DNA of 64,000 nt from an uncultured Actinomycetes bacterium. GTDB taxonomy: Bacteria > Actinomycetota > Thermoleophilia > RBG-16-64-13. Below are positions 10,546 to 20,537 of this stretch, in pieces (positions within the stretch are counted from its first letter, which is position 1; each line of letters starts with the position of its first letter). The translations under genes and the position numbers were made by a program. The notes beneath the pieces were generated by a model. It was not told the origin of the DNA. It saw only the letters and a program-made list of their open reading frames with translations, and ran no database searches. Where the stretch lies: assembly GCA_963841735.1 (NCBI GenBank), contig CAWJDT010000004.1, positions 352,001 to 416,000 of the forward strand, written 5' to 3'.

Positions 10546-11291
10546 ATCGCGTCGAACTCCACGATGTCCTCGCCCCCGTGGAACGGATAGCGCCTGGAGA
10601 TCTTCGCATGGTCACCCTGTATCTCGATCACGTTGTAGCAGGGTTTCGTGTCGCCCCGCAGGCGTAGCGTCGCCACGGTGCCCGCATTCACAATGTACAT
10701 GTTCTCTAACCGCCAGGCATAGGGCACGTGCTTGTGCCCTGAGAGCACCAGGTGCACCCCGCACTCCACCAGGACCTCCAGAACATCGCCGGCGTCGTTC
10801 ACGATGTTGCGTTCGCGCCCAGTACCGGGGATGGGCAGCAGATGGTGGTGCAGCAGGAAGATCTTGAAAGCATCCGGATCCTGCGTGAACGCCTCTTTGA
10901 TCATGGGATAGCGGTGCCTGCCTATGCGCCCATTGTCCAGGTCGGGCTCGGTGGAGTCCACCCCAACTAGTGTGACTCCGTTCTTACGAATCACCATCTC
11001 CCTTGTAGCGAAGAGCCTCTCAAAGTGCGCGTAGCCGACGTTCCGGCTGTCGTGATTACCGGGCACCACGAGTACATCGGGACAGGTCAACCGGTCTAGG
11101 TATTCCCTGGCTTCGCGGAATTCCTGGCGATAACCCATGGTGGTGAGGTCGCCCGTCACCACCACCACATCGGGAGCGAGGTCGTTCACCTCCACCAGGG
11201 CGCGGTCGAGCAGATTGGGCACGAAGTACTGCGACCCCGTGTGAAGGTCAGAGAGGTGCGCTATCACGCACGAACGACTTGCTCTGTCCAT
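10542..11291 (-). CDS. Calcineurin-like metallophosphoesterase (CpdA/Icc type)
   Basis: SDLH, TGD, PGNHD, HH, SGHKH metal-binding motifs. Confidence 0.93.
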   Translation of the reverse strand: MDRASRSCVIAHLSDLHTGSQYFVPNLLDRALVEVNDLAPDVVVVTGDLTTMGYRQEFREAREYLDRLTCPDVLVVPGNHDSRNVGYAHFERLFATREMVIRKNGVTLVGVDSTEPDLDNGRIGRHRYPMIKEAFTQDPDAFKIFLLHHHLLPIPGTGRERNIVNDAGDVLEVLVECGVHLVLSGHKHVPYAWRLENMYIVNAGTVATLRLRGDTKPCYNVIEIQGDHAKISRRYPFHGGEDIVEFDAM

Positions 11292-11365
11292 ATAGGCTTC
11301 CTCCGCCCGCCGGTCAGACTGGGGCTCGAGCCGACTTGGTGGAAAGGACTGCTACGATGCGCCCT

Positions 11366-12430
11366 CTACGTGGTGGCTATGAGATCCTCCACGGCCGCCA
11401 AGTCCGCGCGACAACGCTTGATGGGAGGAGACTGCTCTATGGCTGTCTGCGGATCTTTGAGTCCATGACCGGTGATTACCGCCACCAGCGTGTCTCCAAA
11501 CGGGAGTCCGGCATCCCGGTACTTCAATACCCCGGCGATACCGGCCGCGGAAGCAGGCTCGCAGAAGACGCCCTCTTTCTGAGCCAACAACCGCTGAGCT
11601 GCCAGAATCTCGTCGTCAGTAACATCACGGATGACGCCCCCCGAGTCGCGCGCCGCCGCCAAGGCTTCTTCACCCCGAGCGGGCTTACCTATGCGGATGG
11701 CCGTAGCCACTGTCTCTGGGAACTCCACGGTCTCGCCCCGCACCAGTGGGTTGGCGCCCTCAGCTTGAAAGCCCCACACCACTGGCAGCCGCGAAGACTT
11801 GCCCAACTCATGGTATTCGCGAAAACCCTTCCAGTAGGAGGTGATGTTGCCGGCGTTACCCACTGGGATAGTCAGCATGGCCGGCGCGTCGCCCAAGACG
11901 TCCACGATTTCAAACGCTCCCGTCTTCTGTCCCTCGATGCGATACGGGTTGAGTGAATTCACCAGCGTGATGGGCTGCCGTTCCGCGATCTCCTTGACGT
12001 AGTCAAGCGCCAGATCGAAGTTGCCTTCGATCGCGATGGCCACCGCCCCGTGCAGTAGCGCTTGCGACAGCTTACCCATGGCGATCTTGCCCTCGGGGAT
12101 AAGTACCACGCAACGCAGACCCGCGCGCGCCGCGTAGGCCGCAGCCGACGCGGAGGTGTTGCCTGTGGAAGCGCAGATGACCGCCGTGGCGCCATCTTCC
12201 ACCGCTTTGGTGATTGCCATGGTCATCCCCCGGTCTTTGAACGAACCGGTGGGATTCAGCCCCTCATACTTCAAGAACACTCGGCAACCCAACTCGGCGC
12301 TTAGCCACTCCGCGGGGATGAGCGGAGTGTCGCCCTCACCCAGCGTCACCGCGACCGTCTCCGCTTTCAGCGGCAGGTAGGGCCGATAGCGCTCGATCAA
12401 CCCAAAGGGCTTGCGCTCTTGGTCGGCCAC
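11366..12430 (-). CDS. thrC: Threonine synthase
   Basis: [31 protein letters not shown]. Confidence 0.97.
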   Translation of the reverse strand: MADQERKPFGLIERYRPYLPLKAETVAVTLGEGDTPLIPAEWLSAELGCRVFLKYEGLNPTGSFKDRGMTMAITKAVEDGATAVICASTGNTSASAAAYAARAGLRCVVLIPEGKIAMGKLSQALLHGAVAIAIEGNFDLALDYVKEIAERQPITLVNSLNPYRIEGQKTGAFEIVDVLGDAPAMLTIPVGNAGNITSYWKGFREYHELGKSSRLPVVWGFQAEGANPLVRGETVEFPETVATAIRIGKPARGEEALAAARDSGGVIRDVTDDEILAAQRLLAQKEGVFCEPASAAGIAGVLKYRDAGLPFGDTLVAVITGHGLKDPQTAIEQSPPIKRCRADLAAVEDLIATT

Positions 12431-12431
12431 C

Positions 12432-13709
12432 TTATAGCACCCTCAGCGTCAGGGGCTCGTTCCGGCAGCACATCAGGTTCTTCATCTGCTCGATAGCATC
12501 GAAGAAGTTCCGTTCTTTGGTGGGGTGGGTGATCAGCACCAGTTCGGCCTCGTCTCCTCTACCCTTCTGGATCATACTGGCGATCGACACGCCTAGACCA
12601 CCGAACACAGCCGCGATCTGGGCAAGAACGCCCGCGCGGTCGATGACGTTCATCTTGATGAAGAAGGCCGACTCCACCTGTTCCGAGGGAAACAGCTCTA
12701 GGCTGCGATAGCAGGAGCAGCTCTGCAGAAAGCCGACGTCCTTGGTGTTGGCGATCGACACTATGTCACTCACCACAGCGGTGGCAGTCGGCGCGCCGCC
12801 GGCGCCCGGGCCCATGAGCATGATCTCGCCTATGGCACTCCCCCGCAGGAAGACGGCGTTGTTAGAGCCGCTGATAGCAGCCAGTGGGTGGTCTTTAGGC
12901 AGTAGAGCCGGGAACACCCGCACGCTCACCTTGCCGTCGATGAGCCGCGCCGCGCCTATCAGTTTGACCACGAAACCGAAATCCTTGGCGTAACGCACAT
13001 CGTCCAAGGTGATGTCCTGGATGCCCGAGAAGGCGACATTACCCAACGTCACTCGCGAGTGGAAGGCGATAGAGGCGAGAATAGCCATTTTGGCGGCAGC
13101 GTCCGCCCCTCCCACGTCGGCGGTGGGGTCTGCCTCTGCGTAGCCCAGCTCCTGGGCTTTGGCCAGGATCTCGGGGTAGTCGCCCTCTTCGTTGTACATC
13201 CGAGTGAGGATGTAGTTGGTGGTGCCGTTGACAATGCCGTACACCGTGTGGAGCTCGGCGGCGATCATGCTCTCGCGCATCACCTTGATTATGGGGATAG
13301 CTCCGGCCACCGACGCCTCGAAGCGCAGATGCCGTCGCTGATCACGCGCCAGAGTGAACAGCGCCTCTCCTTTGGAGGCAAGCAGCTGCTTGTTGGCGGT
13401 GACCACGTTCTTGCCCTTGCGCATGGCCGCGTCGATGAAGGTGAAGGCGGCACCGGTGCCACCGATGACCTCCACGATGATCTCGATGGTCGGATCGTCC
13501 ACGATCTCCGCGAAATCATCCGTGAAGAGCCCGGCCGGTGCATCGGACGGCATTTTCCTAGCGTCGATCTCCAGGACCTTGGCCACCTGCAGATCGACCC
13601 CCGTGCCCTCCAGGATGCTGTCGTGCTCTTTCTGGATGAGCTGGTAGACGCTCGCCCCGATAGTGCCGAATCCCAAGAGTCCTATGCGTACGATCCTATC
13701 CCTATCCAT
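12432..13709 (-). CDS. hom: Homoserine dehydrogenase with C-terminal ACT domain
   Basis: [31 protein letters not shown]. Confidence 0.97.
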   Translation of the reverse strand: MDRDRIVRIGLLGFGTIGASVYQLIQKEHDSILEGTGVDLQVAKVLEIDARKMPSDAPAGLFTDDFAEIVDDPTIEIIVEVIGGTGAAFTFIDAAMRKGKNVVTANKQLLASKGEALFTLARDQRRHLRFEASVAGAIPIIKVMRESMIAAELHTVYGIVNGTTNYILTRMYNEEGDYPEILAKAQELGYAEADPTADVGGADAAAKMAILASIAFHSRVTLGNVAFSGIQDITLDDVRYAKDFGFVVKLIGAARLIDGKVSVRVFPALLPKDHPLAAISGSNNAVFLRGSAIGEIMLMGPGAGGAPTATAVVSDIVSIANTKDVGFLQSCSCYRSLELFPSEQVESAFFIKMNVIDRAGVLAQIAAVFGGLGVSIASMIQKGRGDEAELVLITHPTKERNFFDAIEQMKNLMCCRNEPLTLRVL

Positions 13710-13717
13710 GCCTTCCC

Positions 13718-15055
13718 CTACAGTACGGGTTGGTCTTGGTCGTGCAGCGGACGGTGCTTCGCCACCAGATCCGCGTATTGCTCCCGTTCGATGATCACCC
13801 TGGCTTGACCTTCATTCACCATAACAACGGCGGGCCGAGGGCTGCCGTTGTAGTTGGATGCCATGGCGTAACAGTAGGCGCCCGTAGTCGGCATCACCAA
13901 TATGTCTCCCGGCTCTGGCTTGGCGATGACCGCGTTGCGGATAAGGATATCGCTGCTCTCGCAGTGTTTGCCCGACACAGTCACGGCCGAATCAGCCGGA
14001 GCATCCGCCCGGTTGGCGATCATCCCCTGGTACTCCGCATCGTAAAGCATGGGCCTGATGTTGTCACTCATGCCCCCGTCAACACTGACATAGGTGCGCA
14101 CACCCGGTATGTCCTTGATGGTGCCCACCCGGTAAGCGGTAATGCCCGCCTTACCGACGATGGACCTGCCCGGTTCTATGAGCACGCGCGGCATGGCTAG
14201 CCCCATGGCGGTCATCTCTTCCCTGACGCCCTCCACCTTCACCTCGGCATACTCGCCGATGGTGGCGGGTGTGTCCGCCTCGGTGTAGCGGATGCCGAGA
14301 CCTCCGCCCACGTTCAGATACCGGCAGTCAAAGCCGAAACCCGCGTGCGCCTGCCCTATGAGCCGCACCAGGATATTGATGGCCTTACGAAACCCGTCCA
14401 GCTGGAATATCTGACTGCCGATGTGAGCGTGCAGGCCTACCAGATCCAGGTGCGGCGCTGCCATGGCCTCCCGGATGGCCTCCAGCGCCACTCCATCCCC
14501 AAGCCCGAAACCGAACTTGGAGTCAACCTGCCCTGTCTCGATATACGAGTGTGTGTGCGCTTCAACCCCAGGAGTGATACGCAGCAGAACCCCTTGCTTA
14601 CCGCCGCGGGCTCCCACCATCTCCTCCAGCAGGGCCAGCTCCTGGAAACTGTCGACCACCACGAAGCCCACACCGCCGGCAAGAGCATAATCAAGCTCCG
14701 CGCGGGTCTTGTTGTTACCGTGAAAGAAGATGCGCTCGGCGGGAAAACCGGCCGCCTTGGCCACGTAATACTCCCCGCCTGACGAGACATCGATGGAGAG
14801 GCCCTCCTCCAGAACGATCTGCTCCACGGCCACTGACGAGAAGGCCTTGCTGGCGTAGATGACCTCAAAGTCGTCGGTATGCTGCTTGAAGGCCGCCATA
14901 TACCGGCGGCACTGGTCGCGAATGGACTTCTCCTCATAGATCATGAGGGGTGTGCCGAACTCGGCCACCAGTTCAACCACGTCGCACCCGTCAACCTCCA
15001 GGTGCCCCGCTGAGTTGTGTGTAGCGGTGATGGGATAAACGAGCGTGTGAGTCAA
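13718..15055 (-). CDS. lysA: Diaminopimelate decarboxylase
   Basis: YASKAF, HGNNK, SKFG, HIGSQ, EPGRS, CESSD, GAY; GGAGG RBS before TTG at 15055. Confidence 0.97.
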   Translation of the reverse strand: MTHTLVYPITATHNSAGHLEVDGCDVVELVAEFGTPLMIYEEKSIRDQCRRYMAAFKQHTDDFEVIYASKAFSSVAVEQIVLEEGLSIDVSSGGEYYVAKAAGFPAERIFFHGNNKTRAELDYALAGGVGFVVVDSFQELALLEEMVGARGGKQGVLLRITPGVEAHTHSYIETGQVDSKFGFGLGDGVALEAIREAMAAPHLDLVGLHAHIGSQIFQLDGFRKAINILVRLIGQAHAGFGFDCRYLNVGGGLGIRYTEADTPATIGEYAEVKVEGVREEMTAMGLAMPRVLIEPGRSIVGKAGITAYRVGTIKDIPGVRTYVSVDGGMSDNIRPMLYDAEYQGMIANRADAPADSAVTVSGKHCESSDILIRNAVIAKPEPGDILVMPTTGAYCYAMASNYNGSPRPAVVMVNEGQARVIIEREQYADLVAKHRPLHDQDQPVL

Positions 15056-15137
15056 GAAAGCCTCCAAGAACGACAAACACCGGTACGTTACCACAAGCGG
15101 CTAGGGGCTGCTGTAGCTGCTAGAATTCACCTTCACG

Positions 15138-15494
15138 ATGAGTGAAGAGACACCGACCTTCTCCTATTATCGGGGAACCAAGCAGCCCAGCTTTGCCACC
15201 CGTACGGAACTCGAGGCAGCCAAACTTTTCGACTACCACCGGATAGCCTGGGAATACGAACCGCGCACCTTCATACTCGAGCAAGACGAGCGCGGGAACA
15301 TCCTTGAAGCTTTCACCCCCGACTTCTTCCTGCCTGACCTAGATCTGTTCGTGGAAGTCACAGAGATGAAGCAATCGCTTGTCACCGCCAAGAACCGCAA
15401 GGTCCGCAAGGTCCGGGAGAAGTACCCGGACATCCGCGTGAAGATACTTTACCGCAAGGACTTCATGCGCATGGCCCAGAAGTACGGCCTCTGA
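15138..15494 (+). CDS. Small PD-(D/E)xK nuclease-fold-like protein upstream of hpt
   Basis: WEYEP..F, FTPDFFLP, FVEVT pattern. Confidence 0.65.
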   Translation: MSEETPTFSYYRGTKQPSFATRTELEAAKLFDYHRIAWEYEPRTFILEQDERGNILEAFTPDFFLPDLDLFVEVTEMKQSLVTAKNRKVRKVREKYPDIRVKILYRKDFMRMAQKYGL

Positions 15495-15501
15495 GGCCCA
15501 G

Positions 15502-16104
15502 ATGTATACGCCGCCGCCCACTCCATCCACATACCGCGGACCCAAGAACGCCCAGGAACACATCGGGGAGGCCTTCTTGGACGCGGAGGCTATCGCACAT
15601 CGTGTCCGCGAGTTGGGGGCAGAGATCACCCGCGACTACCAGAGCCGCGAAATATTGCTGATATCGATCCTACGGGGCTCGCTGTTCTTCATGGCCGACC
15701 TGGCCCGTGTCATCGCCGTGCCCCTCGAGATGGACTTCCTCGCAATCAGCTCATACACCGACGAACACTCCGAGACAGACGCGCGGGCCATCCGCTTTCT
15801 CAAGGACCTCGATCAGCCGGTGAAAGACAAGCACGTCTTAGTGGTGGAAGACGTGATCGACTCAGGGCTCACCTTGCACTACATCCTGCGCTCACTTGCG
15901 CTGCGAAGGCCCCAGACTCTGGAGGTGTGCACGCTGTTCGACCGACCCCATCAGCGATTGGTGGATATCGAGGTGCGCTACCGCGGCTTCGAGGTTCCCG
16001 ACGATTTTTTCGTTGGCTACGGCTTCGACCACCGCCAGTCGTTTCGAAACCTCCCCTATGTGGCCTATCTGAAACAGGGGCCTGACCAACCCACACTCTT
16101 CTAG
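15502..16104 (+). CDS. hpt: Hypoxanthine phosphoribosyltransferase
   Basis: ILRGSLFFMADL, VVEDVIDSGLTL, FVGYGFD, RNLPY. Confidence 0.96.
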   Translation: MYTPPPTPSTYRGPKNAQEHIGEAFLDAEAIAHRVRELGAEITRDYQSREILLISILRGSLFFMADLARVIAVPLEMDFLAISSYTDEHSETDARAIRFLKDLDQPVKDKHVLVVEDVIDSGLTLHYILRSLALRRPQTLEVCTLFDRPHQRLVDIEVRYRGFEVPDDFFVGYGFDHRQSFRNLPYVAYLKQGPDQPTLF

Positions 16105-16167
16105 CCGGACGCCGCTGCATCCGAACGCACGCGGCGTTCGAGACCACGTACTCGCACAGGGGAAAAA

Positions 16168-16243
16168 TGGAGCGGAGTACGGGGGTCGAACCCGCGACAT
16201 CCAGCTTGGGAAGCTGGCACTCTACCAACTGAGTTAACTCCGC
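16168..16243 (-). tRNA. tRNA-Gly (CCC)
   Basis: 76-nt cloverleaf GCGGAGTTAACTCAGTTGGTAGAGTGCCAGCTTCCCAAGCTGGATGTCGCGGGTTCGACCCCCGTACTCCGCTCCA with encoded CCA. Confidence 0.97.
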
Positions 16244-16436
16244 CCGCCGACAGGTCATCCAAGCGGTGGCGATGATACCACAACAGTCGCAACGGTCATA
16301 TTCATGGAGCTGTCGCGGGCGGCCGATTTCGCTGCCCAAGCGGCCTAATGGCCCGTCCGCTCTAAGCGTACACTCGTTCCGCTAACGCCGGACGCATACA
16401 CCGGCATTTTTCCGCGCCGGCGGCCTGCCGCGCACC

Positions 16437-16464
16437 TTGACTTCCCCGGCGAGATAGCTAGAAT
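16437..16464 (+). promoter_or_regulatory. Housekeeping-sigma promoter of the ncRNA
   Basis: TTGACT-N16-TAGAAT. Confidence 0.7.
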
Positions 16465-16471
16465 CAGTTGC

Positions 16472-16618
16472 AGAGTCCCGAGAGTTCAGACGCAGCGTCT
16501 GAGGAGCTTACAAAGGGACCCGCAGAGGAAACGCGGAGGTAAATGGCCGCGAAGTACAGCGAAGCGGGTGCAAAGTGAGAGCCGTTGAAAGACGAAAAGC
16601 GAGTTCACTCGGGACTCG
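16472..16618 (+). ncRNA. ssrS: Probable 6S RNA
   Basis: Closing stem GAGTCCCGAG (16473-16482)/CTCGGGACTC (16608-16617), inner ACCCGC/GCGGGT stem, purine-rich central region, own promoter and T-tract. Confidence 0.7.
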
Positions 16619-16625
16619 CTTTTTG
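16595..16625 (+). terminator. Intrinsic terminator, possibly bidirectional
   Basis: AAAAGCGAGT...ACTCGCTTTTT hairpin between the ncRNA and convergent mutM. Confidence 0.7.
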
Positions 16626-16673
16626 CTTTATCGATGCTGCCTCACGACACGCACCACTCCACCGCCGGCGGCC

Positions 16674-17495
16674 CTACGATTGGCAACCGGGGCAGTAAGC
16701 CGTTCCCCGGCCCCCTACCACCACCCGCTCTAGGCGAACGCCGCAGCGCCCGCACTCCTGCCCCTGCCGGCCGTACGCGCGCAGCCAATCCTGGAAAGTG
16801 CCCGGCTCGCCCTGAGTGTCCACGAAGTCGGAGATGGAGCAGCCCAGCAGACGCACACCCTCACCCAGTCGCCGCGGGATCTCCTCGGCAAGCCGCGCCA
16901 CCTCGTCGCCTGAGAGTGACCCACAAGGACGAAGGGGCGAAAGCCCTGTCCACCAGAGGATCTCATCCGCGTAGATGTTGCCGATGCCGGCCAGGTGCCT
17001 CTGGTCCAACAAGAAGGCTTTGAGAGGCGCGGTCCTGCCGTGCAGTCTCCGCCCCAGATAGTCCGCGTCCCACGACCCCCGCCATGCGTCGGGCCCCAGA
17101 CCCGCGATGCGAGGAGCAGGCCCGTCGACGGTCACGTGCACTCTCCCGAACTTGCGTACGTCGCGAAACTCAAGATCGAACGGCCGGCCGACGGGATCCC
17201 CAAGCCGGAAGAGAAAACGGGTATGCGAGCTGTCGCCAGCGGCGTCGATTAGCAACTGCCCCGTCATACCCAGGTGCAGTGTCAAATACAAATTGCCCTC
17301 AAGCCTTATCAGCAAGAACTTGCCGACACGGTCGACCGACTCGATGCGCCTTCCCGGCAGCAGGCTCTCCGCCTGTTCCGAGGTGCAATCGCGAAGCATG
17401 GCCGGCTCGATCCGCTCCACGGCGACAAACACCGCACCCTCGAGGGCTGGGGCCAGCTGGCATCTGACAGTCTCGACCTCCGGTAGCTCGGGCAC
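16674..17495 (-). CDS. mutM: Formamidopyrimidine-DNA glycosylase
   Basis: PELPEVE N-terminus, HLGMTG, GIGNIYADE, C-terminal Zn finger. Confidence 0.97.
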   Translation of the reverse strand: MPELPEVETVRCQLAPALEGAVFVAVERIEPAMLRDCTSEQAESLLPGRRIESVDRVGKFLLIRLEGNLYLTLHLGMTGQLLIDAAGDSSHTRFLFRLGDPVGRPFDLEFRDVRKFGRVHVTVDGPAPRIAGLGPDAWRGSWDADYLGRRLHGRTAPLKAFLLDQRHLAGIGNIYADEILWWTGLSPLRPCGSLSGDEVARLAEEIPRRLGEGVRLLGCSISDFVDTQGEPGTFQDWLRAYGRQGQECGRCGVRLERVVVGGRGTAYCPGCQS

Positions 17496-17505
17496 AGCGC
17501 CCCCC

Positions 17506-19293
17506 CTACATGCTCTCCGGGGCACTCACCCCCAACAGGTCGAGACAACGGTGGATCACGTGGCGGGTGACCAGGCACAGCGCGAGACGCGATGCCGCCT
17601 CTTCGGAGGCCACTCCGATCACGCGGCAGTGCTTGTAGAACACATGGTAGTCGGCCGCCACTTCTTGAGCGTAGCCTGCGATGCGGTGCGGCGCTCGTCT
17701 CTCGGCCGAGTCCTGCACGACCGTGGAGAAGCTCTCCAGCCGTTTGATCAGCGCCCGCTCATAGGGCGACGCGAATACGGTGGGGCCCTCCGGCACCGCC
17801 GCCTCCATACCCTCGGGCACGTTGCGCACGATGCTGGCTATGCGGGCATGAGCGTACTGCACGTAGTACACCGGGTTGTCCGCCGACTGAGTCCGGGCAA
17901 GATCCAGATCCAGATCGAGCGTCTGGTCTTGAGAACGGGAGACCAAGAAGAACCGGGCCGCATCGACACCGATGGCCTCCACCAGTTCGCCCAAGGTGAC
18001 CATCTCTCCCCGGCGAGTGGACATCTGCCGCAACTCACCCTTCTCGAGAAGGGTGACCAGCTGCCCGATGATGACTTCCAACGTGCCCGGACGGCCAGAC
18101 AGGATCTCGACGGCTGCCATCATGCGCAGCACGTAGCCGTGATGGTCGGCGCCCCAGATGTTGACCAGATGGTCAAACCCGCGCTCGAGCTTATCCTCGT
18201 GATAGGCGATATCGGCGGCAAAATAGGTCGGGTGACCATTGGCGCGGACGAGTACGCGGTCTTTGTCGTCGCCCCGGGTGGTGGTACGGAGCCACACGGC
18301 TCCTCCTTCCCGAAAAGCTTCGCCCGACTCCAGGAGGCGTTCGACTACTTGAGCCAGCCGCCCGCCGGTGTGAAGGGCGGTCTCGCTAAACCAGCAGTCG
18401 AAGGTCACGCCGAACTTGTCGAGTTCCTCGCGCATCTCGTCGAGCATGGCGGCACAACCCTGCCCTCTGAAGAAGGCGACGGCCTCCTCCACCGCCGGCT
18501 CTACCGGCCAAACAGAGGCCTCCTCCGCCGGCTCCTCTTGGTCGGCCTCGTCCGGGACAACAGCTCCCTCCGCCACCCCGGCCACCTTTGCCGGCGGCAG
18601 ACTCTTGGTGAGCCCCTCCGCTGCGGAGACCAGCGCGCCCACGTAGCGGTCGCCCACCTGAGACCGGATAGCCTCGGCTATGCCGGCTACGTAGTCGCCC
18701 TGATACCCGTCGGCGGGAACAGGCAGGTCTATACCGAAAGACTGCGCATACCTGGCTGCGACGCTACGACCGAAACGGTCCATCTGCCGACCATAGTCGT
18801 TGATATAGAACTCGGTGGAGATATTCGCCCCGCTGAAGGCCATGAGCCGCTTCAGGGAGTCCCCGTATGCCGCGTAGCGACCGTGTCCCACATGCAGGGG
18901 CCCGTTGGGATTGACGCTGACGAACTCAAGGTTGACCCGAGGTGCGGGCCGAGCCGGACCACGCCCGATGTCGCCGGCCTGGGCGAGCATCTGCTTCATA
19001 GCTTCGGTGTACGCACCGACACTGAGCGTGAAGTTGAGAAACCCGGGGCCGGCCACCTCGATCTTGTCCACCAGCTTCGCGAACGCCGGATCGGCGGCAA
19101 GGCGCCTGCTAAGTTCCTCGGCCAGTTTGCGCGGCGGCTGCTTGACTGCCCGCGCCAACTGCATGCAGATGGGCGTAGCGTAGTCGCCGTGAGCTTCCTC
19201 GGCCGGGCGCTCCAACAAACACGCTGGCATATCCGTCCAACCCTGCTCCGCGGACCATTCCGCGACAACTCTCTGAAGCAATTCAGCCAGCAC
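17506..19293 (-). CDS. argS: Arginine-tRNA ligase
   Basis: EFVSVNPNGPLHVGH, GADHHGY, MSTRRG, YVQYAHAR, APESM. Confidence 0.98.
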   Translation of the reverse strand: MLAELLQRVVAEWSAEQGWTDMPACLLERPAEEAHGDYATPICMQLARAVKQPPRKLAEELSRRLAADPAFAKLVDKIEVAGPGFLNFTLSVGAYTEAMKQMLAQAGDIGRGPARPAPRVNLEFVSVNPNGPLHVGHGRYAAYGDSLKRLMAFSGANISTEFYINDYGRQMDRFGRSVAARYAQSFGIDLPVPADGYQGDYVAGIAEAIRSQVGDRYVGALVSAAEGLTKSLPPAKVAGVAEGAVVPDEADQEEPAEEASVWPVEPAVEEAVAFFRGQGCAAMLDEMREELDKFGVTFDCWFSETALHTGGRLAQVVERLLESGEAFREGGAVWLRTTTRGDDKDRVLVRANGHPTYFAADIAYHEDKLERGFDHLVNIWGADHHGYVLRMMAAVEILSGRPGTLEVIIGQLVTLLEKGELRQMSTRRGEMVTLGELVEAIGVDAARFFLVSRSQDQTLDLDLDLARTQSADNPVYYVQYAHARIASIVRNVPEGMEAAVPEGPTVFASPYERALIKRLESFSTVVQDSAERRAPHRIAGYAQEVAADYHVFYKHCRVIGVASEEAASRLALCLVTRHVIHRCLDLLGVSAPESM

Positions 19294-19307
19294 CTGGGTC
19301 CTCTTCC

Positions 19308-20330
19308 CTATTCCTGTGTCTTCTTTGGAGCCCCGACGAGCTCCTCCAACTTGACTATCTCGGCCGGGGTTCCGATGGCAATGATCGTATCCCCCGGTTC
19401 GAGGATCACCTGTGGCGACGGATTGGAGTCAAAGGCCCCGCTCTGCCCGTGTCTAACCGCTAGAATGGTAGCTCCCGTCCGCTTCCGCACCGCCATGTCC
19501 TGTATAGACCGGCCGATGGCGCAGCATTGAGGGGTCAGTTTCAGCTCCTCCATGCGGAACTCGAGCTCACCGCCACTGGTGACTACATCGAGGTAGTCGC
19601 TGACCAACGGCTTCAGCATCAGAGTGGCCATCTGCTTCCCGCCGATCCCATAGGGAGACACCACACGGTCGGCGCCGGCCCGCTTAAGCTTGCTGACCGT
19701 GTCTTCAGACCCACCCCGGGCCACGATGAGCAGTTGTGGGTTCAGCACCCGAGCCGAGAGCGTTACATAGATGTTGCCCGCGTCGGACCCCACCGCTGTG
19801 ATCAGACCCCTGGCCCTCTCGATACCAGCCGCTTCCAGAGTCTCATCGGTCGTGGCATCGCCCCTCACCACCAAGAGACCGTCGGCCTCAGCCCGGGTGA
19901 GACTCTCAACGTCGTTATCGACGATCACGAAGCTCGCGTTGTGCGTCGCCAAATGACGGGCGACCGCTTCGCCCACACGACCGTAGCCGCAGATGACGTA
20001 GTGTCCCTCAAGCTTGTCCACCTTCTTCTTCACGACCCTCCTCCTATACGCCCCCGAGAGCTGGCCTCCCACGACAAACTCCACCATGGATCCGAGACCG
20101 TAGAGTATGGTACCGACTCCCCCGATGATCAGCACCAGTGTGAACACCCTCCCGGCCGTGGAAAGGGGTCGCACCTCCCGGAACCCCACCGTGGAGATGG
20201 TGGTCACGGTCATGTAGAAAGAATCCAGAGGCCCCCAACCCTCGATCAACATGTATCCGACCGTCCCTACGACCATGGCAGCGACTATCGCCGCCAGGAT
20301 CCTCAGCCCAGTCTTCGCCTCCCGGCTCAC
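19308..20330 (-). CDS. Two-TM potassium channel with TrkA-N/TrkA-C (RCK) domains
   Basis: STVGF selectivity filter, CGYGRVG, GDAT. Confidence 0.92.
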   Translation of the reverse strand: MSREAKTGLRILAAIVAAMVVGTVGYMLIEGWGPLDSFYMTVTTISTVGFREVRPLSTAGRVFTLVLIIGGVGTILYGLGSMVEFVVGGQLSGAYRRRVVKKKVDKLEGHYVICGYGRVGEAVARHLATHNASFVIVDNDVESLTRAEADGLLVVRGDATTDETLEAAGIERARGLITAVGSDAGNIYVTLSARVLNPQLLIVARGGSEDTVSKLKRAGADRVVSPYGIGGKQMATLMLKPLVSDYLDVVTSGGELEFRMEELKLTPQCCAIGRSIQDMAVRKRTGATILAVRHGQSGAFDSNPSPQVILEPGDTIIAIGTPAEIVKLEELVGAPKKTQE

Positions 20331-20428
20331 CGGGTATCACCCCGAACGTCCGCGCAGTCAACATTTGTTTCGATCATGCTCGAATTCTAGCCCAAACCTC
20401 CGCTCAGCTCCCAAGAATGAAACGGCGC

Positions 20429-20458
20429 TTGACAGCGGTCGTGCCCACCCCCCACAAT
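20429..20458 (+). promoter_or_regulatory. Putative promoter of the DUF485-actP operon
   Basis: TTGACA-N18-CACAAT. Confidence 0.5.
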
Positions 20459-20537
20459 ACCGGCAGGCCGCACCCGTGGCGACCGGGGACGGTGCTTCGT
20501 TGTTCGGAAAGGGCAACCGAGAGTCGGAGGAGTGCAT

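Noticed and set aside
15056-15137. Lysine riboswitch or T-box before lysA-hom-thrC
   Set aside because: The intergenic region is only about 80 nt with no signature motifs
16100-16243. tRNA-Gly as a prophage or island integration site
   Set aside because: No integrase and no duplicated tRNA 3' end seen in the window
17107-19530. Long antisense ORFs (807 aa here; also 5611-7113 and 41932-44007)
   Set aside because: Shadows of argS/mutM, rho and glmM caused by high-GC codon bias; no recognisable domains
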